From Phoronis australis (taxonomy: Eukaryota > Animalia > Phoronida), in NCBI GenBank assembly GCA_002633005.1, contig NMRA01000003.1, positions 62,001 through 126,000 on the forward strand: DNA of 64,000 nt. Reading direction: 5' to 3'. Of this stretch, positions 50,301-62,300 are shown one piece after another (position 1 is the first letter of the stretch; every line of letters starts with the position of its first letter). Below the pieces are notes generated by a model. It searched no databases and was not told where the DNA came from. It worked only from the letters and a program-made list of their open reading frames with translations. A program made the translations under genes and the position numbers.

Positions 50301-53300
50301 AAGTTCATTGAACAACACAATCACGAATGTAGATGTTTATCTCGGCTGTACATTCAAGAACCTTTTGTGTTTGACAGAAGAGTCCCTTCACATTGTTACA
50401 AATAATAGAAATCAAAAATTAAACTGCTTGAAACTTGCATAAAATATGCTTGACATCGAGCAACAGTTTGTAAATAAATGTAAATTGAGCAATGGTTTTA
50501 TTTCCTGTAATGGGAAATTACACCTGTAGGATTCTCGTGTTCCTTGACAATTACTTCAATTGGAGCTGTCGCATAGGCACACAAACAGATTTTCATAGGA
50601 ATTGGACTTTTGGTTGAAGTTATTTATTTATTATATTTTGCATAAGGCATTTCACATCGATGAATGGTATTGTGTATAATCTAATCCTGACATAATTAAT
50701 CATGGAGATGAGACTTGTTATGTAAAAATTGCCATTGAAACCTGTTCTATGTTAATCATTTTCAATCACTTTTTATCAGGGTACATCCCAAGCTATGCCG
50801 TGGCTTGCTGAACTGGTTGAGTCAAGTGATGGTTCGCTGGACATGTTTCCTGTTCAGTGTTTATGCGAGTTTCTGCTCCACGACTCTATAGAGGAAGACA
50901 CTGACTCAGACAGGAAGTCAGATAAATCAAGAGCAAAACAGGTCAGTAGCGTTCAATCTTTATGTTATCAAAGAATATATTTCTTGGTTTCTTAGGAGCC
51001 TGTACGTTTTATGGACACCCTAAATACCGTCATGACACATTGGAGTAAAGGAACATGGAAACTCAGTTGCATCACTCATCAAAAGTGTTGTTACCATGAA
51101 AACAATATAAAATTGCAACTCTGCTATTCTTTCAACAACCATTCCTTGCTTTTGGAAACGTGATTTATATACTCTTACCTTAAATTTTCTCCAAACTGGT
51201 TGATTTCTGTCACAGATTATTGGTGCGTTTATTTTCAGAAAGTGAAGAAACAGCAGCAAATGCTTGGTCGTCTGCAGCGGCTGGTGCATGATGGGAACAG
51301 TAAGAGTCGTGATGTGGTGGAGGTGTTGGATTACTTCTTGAAGAGATTGACTTCGCAGCAGGCGTCATCTAGAATACAAGCGTTCAAGGTATGCCGTCAC
51401 GTGATGATTACTTCTGGGTGGAACATTACCATAAGATTGTGATCGAGGTTAGGGGTATGAAGGTTGTTTGCCTTTGGTCCATGGCTTTTAAGACCCTTGC
51501 AGTCAGAAGAAATGTAGGGATTGCCACGTAAATGGCATGCGATAATTGATTATTGTAAGTTCTAAAATAGAATGTTGTTGCCCAAGAACTTGAGGTAGAT
51601 AAGTCGGAGTAAACTGTGGCCTTAAATGTGATGAAAATTCTGTAAGATGGAGTGCTTGCTGTTGAAGTCACTTTAGCCAAAGGTCTTTGTAGATGTTTTG
51701 AACTATGGGATGGTAGTTTTAATATGCTACAAAAACCATTGTTTAGTAAATTGAATAAGAAAGTTTGGTTTTGTGACAAGACTCTTATTGGGCTGTGAAC
51801 GTTAGTTTAATAATTATTTCTGTGTTTGTAGGGTCTATCCATGGTCTTGTCGAAAACAGAACTTTCACAGGAACCCATGGATGTCACTGACGTGTCAATT
51901 ATACCCCAACATGCCTGGCTGTTACAACAGCTGCCGTCACTCCCTCTGTTTGATGAAGTGAAAGATAAAGTTTGTTCAGCTTTGCGTCAGGTAAGTCGCT
52001 GAGCAAACTTATTATTTCTTGTTATCCCTGCCAAAGGCAAGAGAGAGAGAGAGTAATAATGGTACACAACGTCACCTTCATTTTTTCCAAACTTTCAGAG
52101 TATGGTTACGAAATGTTGGTGTGCATAGGCATTAACTGCATTTTGTGATTTGCCCTGTTCTCTTGCATTATGGTTCATTCTTGGTTTTCACACATGCATG
52201 CTGGGTAACATTCTGTCTGTGGTTAACTCCACCAACATCTTGTCTCGACTTTCGCCAAACTTTCGTACTGTACTTGTGAAGTCTTGTAACACATATAATT
52301 CTTCATTTTACGATACCACTGTATTTTTTAATTTTCTTTGATTTTGATGTATCCATTTATGAAAACGCTAATCTGTGTACAACTCCTACATTTCAGAGGG
52401 AATTTCAAATAAACTCTCAAAAATTGCTTAGGAAGTGCCATAGCGCACATTATTCACATTTTGGGATTCTATCGTATTTTCTTAGATTATGGCACATTCT
52501 TGATTTTCACGCAAGCGCTATTTGTCTTGCATTTCTCAGGGATTGCAACTTAAGTTCTACATCCCTCCGACGACCCTTACGACATATTTACCTCATTTCA
52601 CGACTGAACCCTAATTGTCCCACTCATGTCCCCGTATAACACATTGAGAAATGCTACTGTGCATGCATTGCTGTATCTGACTGCCTTGTCCCTGTTTAAT
52701 CTGGTCAACGTGTTCCTTTGTCACAGTTATTGTTGCCTTTATCTGAGCCTCCACCTGACCATGTAGTTGTCATATTTACAGGCATGTCAGATTGAGACAA
52801 GCGCCCAGGCAGTGTCTGCATATGTCCTATTCTTAGCTCAACACACTCAGACACTTCAACTTCATGAACTGGACCACCAGGCTTTGGTGAGTCTATTGTT
52901 CCCTGTGGGTTCAGGGTTAATGTGTTGAGAATTTTGTCATAGTTAGTTAAGTAGTCAGGTATTTAAACTTCCTTGTTGCACTGGCATGTTATTAAAATGT
53001 CATTTAAGAATAACTAACTAAAGATGCTGGTAGATTCTGCTAAAATGTCATTCAAATGAGCTTTGACGATGGTTGAATAGTAAGGGTGACCCTGTATCGT
53101 TAAAGACATTGTGATCGTATGGTATAATGGTTTTGTAATGAATTTTCATAACTTATAACCACAATAAGTGTTTTCTGTCATTATATGAACACTGGCTCAC
53201 ATTTAAATTTGCTTTTAGTTTTGAAAAAATAGCCTTCAATATTACCATATAAGCTTTATTCACAAAATGTTTTTGTTGAGTTTATAATAAGGTTGAACCA

Positions 53301-56300
53301 TTACAGAGCTTCTACATTACATAATTCTCCTGCATTGAACCACTACAGGGCATAATTCTCCCACGCTGAACCACTGCAGGACATATGTCAGCTGATATTT
53401 TATAATTCTCCTACATTGAACCATTGCAGGACATAATTCTGCATTGAACCATTACAGGACATAGCACAGCTGATAGTTGAACGCAGTACCATCATTAGTC
53501 ACGTCCTACCCTCCACCTCACAACACAGTGAGCTGCAAGACCAAGTGTTGGCTGCCATGACTAACATGTTTTATAACTACATTGAGAGAGCCAAGGCACC
53601 ACAGCAGGAAGCATACTCTTGGGTGAGTACATACAGCTGTTGGTCGTGACTTCAATTTTCATCAAAAAATGTTTACTATCACCATGCTTAGTAGGATGAT
53701 TTGTACAGAAATTGAATATAATGCATTATAGGACTGTGTCAGTTTGTGACAAAAATATGATAATCTCCTTGTTTCTGTAGTCAGATACTCAGGACCAGAT
53801 CATTCTCCAGTGGCCGTCGGGCGACTCAGCCACCATGCACGTTCTCGTAGTGCATGCCATGATCATCTTGCTGACATTTGGTAAACCCAAAGGTAGGTTG
53901 ATTTTAACATTATATTGCTTTAGTTTACATATTCCTTACCAGTACTAATCCTGTATACAGAGTTGATCGTGTCAATGTAATTAACTGTTGGGAGGAATAG
54001 GTTAATATTTAGGAGATTGAACACATAGTTGACAGTTGAAAAGGGAAAGTTACTTTTTAGAAGGCATGCTTTATTTTCTATAAGAAGTATTCTGAATCTT
54101 TTCTGTGAATATGAATCAGTTCTTCAATTCTACTATGTGATGGATTGAGCTTACCCTAAACATGAGAAAACGAGCAGCAACACCTGAGGACATGTCACTC
54201 TATACATGATGGAGGATGACTAGTGTTGTGATTGGTTGTCCCAGTTCTGCATACATTAGTATGTCTCGACCAATAAATGCTCGTAACTCGAGATCAGCTC
54301 ATTAACATATCATCAGATAGTGTTTGAGGGTGTTCTAATTTAACAGCTGATTGACTGCTGGGGTTGATTTAGGTGTTTTTGATGTGACATTGTTGATTTT
54401 AAGCATGATTCGTCCTGTCAGACACACAGTATTGCTCACGACATCAAACTTCTGATTTGAAGAAGTAATTTTAAAAATTTAGTTCTCATAAGAATAGACT
54501 AAAATTTTCAACATATCTTATAATAAGCGAAATATTTCAAACGGACCAAAACTACCTTCAAAAGAGATATTTACCTTTTCCCTTGGCGAGACCACTGTGT
54601 TCAATCAGAGCAAGTTGTTTAGTATTAGTCCTTAACTTATTGTAAATAAATATTATTAGCAAGATTAGTATAAAGCAGAATCAAGCACCAAATCCATGTC
54701 ACCTTAAAGGTACTAACTAGACAAAGTTCATGTCATTTGAAATTAAAGTGCTATTATATGCAGTTTGTTAAAATGCATCTGTGTGCCTTGAATGTTGTAT
54801 GTTGCAATTAGCGCACCAGGGAAGCGCAGTCTGTGATCTATTGGTTAAATTTGTTTAGTGGACAGTCACTTTGACAGCCTGCTTGAGACCTGGTTCCCAG
54901 CAAGTGGTAGCCCGCCGTCGGCCTACCTTGTGGATACGTCTGAAGAGGCCCTGCTGTTGCCTGATTGGCTGAAACTTCGAATGATTCGCTCCAGTGTCTC
55001 TGTTCTGGTGGATTCTGGTAAGATAAGCCTCACTTGTCTCTCTAGCATCAAACTCTTAATACAGTTTCTGTCAAGTCTGTTTACTGTTTATGAGATGTCT
55101 TGCAAACTATTGTACTAGATGGAGTTTTGAATGTCCAAGTTTTTTTTTTCAAATTTCATACCTCCCACTCATTGTGTGTGGTAAAATTGTGGCTTGAAAA
55201 GCAGCCTTTCCATGACAAAAATCATGTGGTTTTCCAAAAGAAAAATTCTTTCAATTTGTAACTCTTTTACTCATTTCTCACTACTTTCTACTGCTCATCC
55301 CCATTAGAGCCATGTGTGTAGGATTGTCTGTTATGTTGTAGTACATTATAATGCATCTCTACTGACCGTATTCACCTCACTGTTACAGCTCTACTGGACC
55401 TTGAACCCACCCAGTTACTACTCTTCATACAGTCATTTGGTATACCGGTGCAAAGTATGAGTAAGTTACTGTCCAGTCTGGATGCAGCTACAACCACTGA
55501 CCGATCGTCAGTGGACGAGTCGGTCATTGATAAGACATTTATGGCTCAGCTAATCCGAGTGCAGTGGAAGAGAGGTGCCACAGGGGGCAAGCAGTTCTAC
55601 ACAGTGCTGGATGACGGTGCTGACTGCACTGAGGAAGGTAGGGTTACTGGGTGCCCAACTGCAACCCCAGTAGTTTAGAGGGCTTATATAAAAGTGGTAG
55701 GATTACTTTAATTAGTTTCCTCTTTATGTGTCAAATGTTGAAAACATGTTACATAATAATACCTTACGAATTGTATTGTCTTTGCATTTAGTTACTACCG
55801 TATTTGCCGTAATAACCGCCCAGGGCGCTTAGAAAAGTTCGGTTCAGGGGGGGCGCTTATTATAACCCAAGGCGGTTGAAAACCGGTCTCCGAAACGGGT
55901 GAAATCGGAAGCTAAGATTCATAAAATTTACGCTCTGTGACGTATATGTAATCTATGAAAGACTTTCAACAAAACTGTGGTGCATTGCTATCAAACTTTG
56001 CAGCTAAATTACGACCATTTTACAGAAAATTGTGCTGAAATTCCAGGGCGAAAACTCGCCGACTGACTGCCTCGAAATCGCCGTCTTCGATATGGCGATT
56101 TCAATGATTGAATAAAAATGGTTTTGACTCAAGCAAATTACCTAAAATCCTCATTAAGTTTTATAAGTAGCATCTCTAAGATTTTTTAAGTTCCCGTGGA
56201 GTCTGGATTAACGGCAGGTTTAAATACAAATCTGTGCATCTACATGTATGATCGGCAACACGGCGAGAAAAATGTCTGGACGAACAAACATGTTGTCACG

Positions 56301-59300
56301 TGACGTTTGTTTTGAAGTTCGTCTGCGAATAAGCGAGCGCGTGCGTGTCACCAGAGTTCATTTGCCAAAGCAGAGACCGTCTTTTGGCCAGAGGCACGCA
56401 CTCTAACTAGCTAGATGTGTCTAAAGAAATTTGCACAGGCAGTAGGCCTAAACCAGAGCGTGTTTCATTCAGCACTCGCCGGTCTCGTGCTAAAAACTTT
56501 CGACATTTGTCTCGGTAAGGCCCATATTAGTCGCCGTGTAGCTGGATGCGTACGTAACTATCTGACAGTTATTTTTCGGTGTAAGGGTGTGTAAGCATTC
56601 ACTGTCAGTTGTCACTTTATCGGATGTTCGGCTTAAAAACACCAATTATGGTTAATCAAACAATACATCTCAAAAATAACGCAAACATGTTTTATAGTAT
56701 TAGAAATTGTCGGAAATTAGTGCCAATATTCATTTCTTATCGATGCTATGCTACCCGTTTCATGAATGGAAAATTCCCGACTAAGGTCTTTGATGACAGG
56801 TTCATGTATGTAGCGCGCGCGCTTCCTGGCCACGTGCGTTTAACACCGAGTTATTTTTATTCATGAGACAGTCGATGTGTCTACCGAAAGGTCAGACCAT
56901 AGAGTGGGACACGGTCGTCGCGAGAGAGTAGCAACGCTGTTGCGTTCTTTTTGAAGCGCTGCGTTACTTTGAAGTGTAAAGTCACGGCTAAATACAAACG
57001 TAGCAGTGCCGCTGGTGGTCTAGAAGACCCGTGCAAAACTTTTTTGATAAATTGAAGACGTTACTGTAGCCGAGTTTTAGGACTGTAGGTACGTCATTGT
57101 TCCCGTGTACACGTTCATGGACTGGGCGCTTATTTCAGCAAAGTCTGAAAACGTGTGGGAGGCGCTTATAGGGGCATGGGCGGTTATTACGGCGAATACG
57201 GTAATTGTTTTTAAGAATACCCATTAAAAGAGACAATTTGTTTGTCTATGAGTAAGTTCATTTTCAAAATTTGTTTGTCCTGAAGTTGTACTCAGCTCAT
57301 TCATAGTTTGGTGGAGTTCTCCAAACTGATGCTTTCATTTAGTAATTAATAACTTGCTAAACACGGCCAGCCATAAACATAGGATACTATGAATGGTGGT
57401 GCCATTTACATTATGTGGTTCCTGTTTTGTCATCACATTGCCTAGAAAGCAGTGTTACGGTATTACAGGGCTTATTAGTATCATGTAAATAATGCTTTTA
57501 ATGACTCTATGTTTATGGTAACTTGTCCTTGTTATTGACCCTGTAGACTATGATGCAGAACTGACTGTACCTAAACATAAGAAGCATACCCCACCCTCAG
57601 ACCAGATGCCTGTTGAGTTGCCAATACCACGGGATGAGCATGCTATGAGAGAACTCATTGCAAGGGTGAGTTGAGTTATTCATACTGTCACGTTTTCCCC
57701 TGTGGATGGCTAGACATAGGTCTGAATGATGGGCGTCAAACTGAGTCAAAATGTGGGACCTCTGCAAGCGACTATTGCCTTAAAACCAACACGCAAGGTC
57801 CCTGGCATGACTGAAAAAATGTGCAACGTTCAGATAAAATTTGGTATCGGCTCAAAATTAAGAATTAGATGTTTTCGAGAATGTTTACCTACAATGTCCT
57901 TTGATAAAAGCTGGTTTTGCTAAGTTTAACTGAACTTTACACCCACCACAATAAAATTGTACCTTTGTCACAAAATTGTGCTCATATTTGACCACTGTCC
58001 GCATCTCACAGTGCGCGTGCTATAAGTGCTTGAGTACAGTTATAAAAGCTGTCTCCCTGACAATGGTGCTTTTCATCATTTTGTTGCATTCTAATGTCTT
58101 TATTTGCTATCTTAGACAATCTGTACTTTGTGTTATGTGCATGTCAGTCTCATCATTCACTAAGTAATGCTAATGTCCATCTGTTTAGTTGTTTGGATCC
58201 CCAGACTGCTCTCGTGAACAAAGACAGCATATTTACTTCTCTCTGCACAAAGTGAGTATTGTGTTTGTCCAAATTTTAATTTGGAGAATTTAAATGTTAA
58301 ATCATAATATTTTCTGATATTAATAGAATTCATGGCTCTAGCCAATCATTTCTGAAAGTGGTGGATTGCAAATGTAGCTTTTTGTTGTATATTCTTCTGA
58401 CTGGAAAATGGCCGTGAAATTTAGGTATTGTATTTTTATAATTTTGTTCAACTTCTAGGCAATCTTGAAAGATATGTTTCTGATGGGGTTATTCTTGGAC
58501 AGTTTGAACCAGGTAATGTGATAGTTTAGTTTCCTAACTAATTCTCAGCTCAAAACGTTTTCACTTTTGTCACAAAATTAAAAGTGCCTCTCAGAACTGG
58601 CAATACATTCATGGCTTCAATTTTGTAAAGCTTGGAATTTTAACTTCCTTCACCAATAGATACATAAAGTGACTCTTGTCTAATATTCTCCTATCAGATG
58701 ACTTAAGTGCGTCTGATCAGTTCAGTAATCTAATAATCCGTCTGCTCATTTTGAGTAATCCAATAGTATGTCTACTAATTTTGGTATTCCAGTAGCCTGT
58801 CTGCTCATTCAGTAATCCAAAAACCCAATAGCGCCTCTATTTCTTTCAGTAATCCAGTAAAAGTCTGACTGTCTACTCACTTGAGTAATTCAATAGACTG
58901 TTTGCTCCTTTCAGCAATCCAATAGTGCGTCTGCTCATTTCAGTAATCCAATAGTTCGTCTGCTCATTTCAGTTGCTTCAAACTGCTGCCTCTGGTTCCA
59001 TCATACATGGCATGGAGCAGAACCTTGCTGTCTCCTGCTCACTATTAAGAACTGTTTATACAAGTCAGGTGAGTAAAGCTTAATAAATGGCTGTGGAATG
59101 CTTTGCGTATGCTTTCATGATTTAAAAATTCTTGGAATGTCTATTTTTGTTTCTTTTGCGAACCCATGAAAATATTTACACTCATGTAATGCACATTGTC
59201 CTGGACCAAGTTTCAAGCTGCGATTTAATTTTTTTCCATGCAAGCCATGGAGAAAGAATTTAAATGTTTCATTGTCCAACAACCTTTAGTTTGAAGTCTA

Positions 59301-62300
59301 TTCCCAGGATGTGTTATCATTGTGTATTTGTGTGACGCTTGTTCATATTCATTCAGGGTCTGCGAGCCACTCACTCCCAGCAGGTGGCTGAGATCACGCG
59401 CGCACTCTTCTCTGGTGCCAGTCAGTCTGGACTGCTGTCTGTGGTCAAGCAGTTCTTGCAGTCTTGGAGATCAGATGGACAGTCAGTAGACAACATCAAG
59501 AAGTTCTGGAATAGCATGCAGCACCCGGGGGCTCAGAGGCTTGCCACTGAGGATCTGGCCAATCTGGAGAAGTTTATAGACAAGAAAGTAAGGACGAGTC
59601 TGAGCAAGAACTCGGCTACTGAGTTGACTGCCAAGATCACTTCCTATCTACTCAACAATGGGTAGGTGCATCTTAGTATTACTCTGTGCTATGCTGATTA
59701 TTGAGACCACAGATATGTAACAGTAGGGAGAGGCACATAGTAGTATTGTTTGGTAATATTGTATCATTCTCACTGGGCTCAGAATTAAACTGCATGTTGA
59801 AGTGGAATGTACTAATAAGCGCTTCCTGTTTAAAAAGGGACTTTCCCATTTTGTTCCAAACAGAAAATGCAATATTGCAATATTGAGAAATATCAACATT
59901 TTGTCTTTTAACTTGATTTGTAAGACATTTCATTTTCTCCTTTTGAAAAATTTCATTTAGTCTCGTTAATTAGCCATTGAAATTTGGGTGCATAAGCTTA
60001 CACACAAGCAAATTTAATTTTTTAATTTATTTGTACTTGAATTAAGTACGTAACAAAACGGTGTTAGTGAAACCATTAACAACATGGTAAATTACTATAC
60101 TGTGACTCTTATAGGTGATAATGTGTTCTGGATGTTTCAATCTGTTAGCACTTTCTTTTTTGCGTTGGTTTATCTGAACATTCCGCTTGGTATCTATAAA
60201 ACCTTACTCGTTTGGTACTTGCAGCAGTGACATGCCTGACTCCACGCGCTCGCTTCTCATTGATTGGCTGGAATTAACTGACTCAGAGGTCATTCGTAGC
60301 TGCCCCAGGTTACAGCAACAGCTGATATTCTCCAAACAGTACAAAGAGAACAGTGGCCAGAACAGGACCAGATGTCAGCCATATCTCCTCTCACTTCTCA
60401 CACACTCAACAAGTTGGGACACATTAAACAATACACTAGATCAGCTTCTTGGGGAAAAGGCTCAAATAGACATGTAAGTGGACGTGTCAAAGAAGTTGTT
60501 AAACTAGACATTGTAATGGGAGGATATCTGTTGTCTCGTTTGACTAACTCACTGCACTGGTGTATGTTCAGTATCTCTGAGCGTTGCCGCTGTGAAGAGT
60601 CATTTACGCATCAGTGGCTTTTGAATGACTATGTCTACCCTGAATCTGTGTTAATTGTGTAATTGTTTTGAGCTTGACGCGGGATTTTAAACGTCATTCG
60701 TGCCACGCCGTTTGAGACGTCAGCAAGTTTTAAGGTTCTGCTCCGACTGTGCCAAATGTCATTGTTCTTGATGTTGCGAGTGCCATGTGTACATGTTCAA
60801 TTGTAACATTGAGCATTAACTGTAATGCAACCAGTAAAACTCGACGCGTCTGTTTTGAGATCAAGACAAGCTTCTTGCAAGGCATGGCAACCACTTCAGA
60901 CATAAAAGCTGAATTATTGTTTTTGTATTATATCTACTTCACTAGCATGATTGTCATGATTGTGTAACTGCTATTTGCTTTGCGCTTCAGGTACAGTCCT
61001 TCATATGTGCTGGACTTTGCCTGGGCTTGCATCTATATTCCCAAGATATGGCGAGGGGTGGAGGTCAAGACTGCCAGGGTTAGTAAATATCAGTCCTCAA
61101 TGCTGTTTGAAGTTGCGCTGAGTAACATGACATTTCCTATTATTGAATATGGCGTTAAATTTGAATACATTGGGATCATTGCAGATTTAAAAGGCAACTG
61201 ATTTAAAATTTTCCTCAGAAAATGCATTATTTTGGGTATAATATGGCTATTGTCTAACTTCATGACACATAATTATGTTATTTTTAAGTGATTCATTCAA
61301 AATTTTTATGGAATAGTGTTTGCAAACTGTTTTATTACCTTTGAGATTTGTTATTGTCATGGCTGGTTGGAAGAAAACTGTCTTATATCCGAAGAAACGG
61401 TATGACCTTATTTTGTTGTATATGTTTGTAGTGTTATATCCAGGATCGTTGGATTATTTCTCCTGTAAATCCTGGGTGTTACATTCAGGACAGTACTGTA
61501 GATTGTGTCCCCCATGTGAGTTGTGAAAACCAACTGCAAGTGCACACCCCTGAAGACATGAGTTGACTGATCATCACCAGCTATTGCAAAAATTCTCCAA
61601 TTTGGGCAAGTCTTTAAAATAAGAATTTCCACGATTCCGAAGATTGGGACATGATTGAGTAATTTGGCATTCAAAATTAATTTTGTTTGAATTCTCAAAA
61701 TATTGGAACACTGCATTTTGTGTCAACAAATTCTGAGATAAAATCATGGGTTATAGCTACCAAATACAAAATTCATCTTTCCCCTGAGTCTTGAATTTGG
61801 GACGGCCTTTATTGCGGTCTTTTTTCTAAAATTTGGTACGAGCTCCGACCTTGAACAAAATGATTTTTTTATGTCCCAAACTGGAGAACTTTTACCATAG
61901 TATCGCCCTCGGGATCAGTCCATATTTTTGTAGTGTCCCTATCTACATACCATACATTAGATAGTACTATGTGACTTGCAGGTGCACACGCCTGAAGACA
62001 TGCTGGCTCTGACCAGACATGAGGTGACTCATCTTCTTCAGTACATTATCATGGAGGCATCAGATAAAGAGGATACAGCCGCTGCCAAGCAAAGCATTCA
62101 TCAGAGGATAGAATTGGTGACGACATGTTGCCATGACAGACCAGAGCTACTCCATACTGCTGCTGACTTTCTGGAGAGATCATCTAAGTCTGACAGGTTG
62201 GATTCATTGTACTCCCTTTTTGATTTGATTCTTTATTACTGGTATTAATTGAAAATGGGGTGCATTTTTAACTTAAACCTTTTGTACCTGTCTTGTTCCT

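Noticed and set aside
54690-54725. Second Kolobok-Kolobok junction (GTCACC-TTAA-AGGTAC)
   Set aside because: Matching opposite TIRs could not be found for either side.
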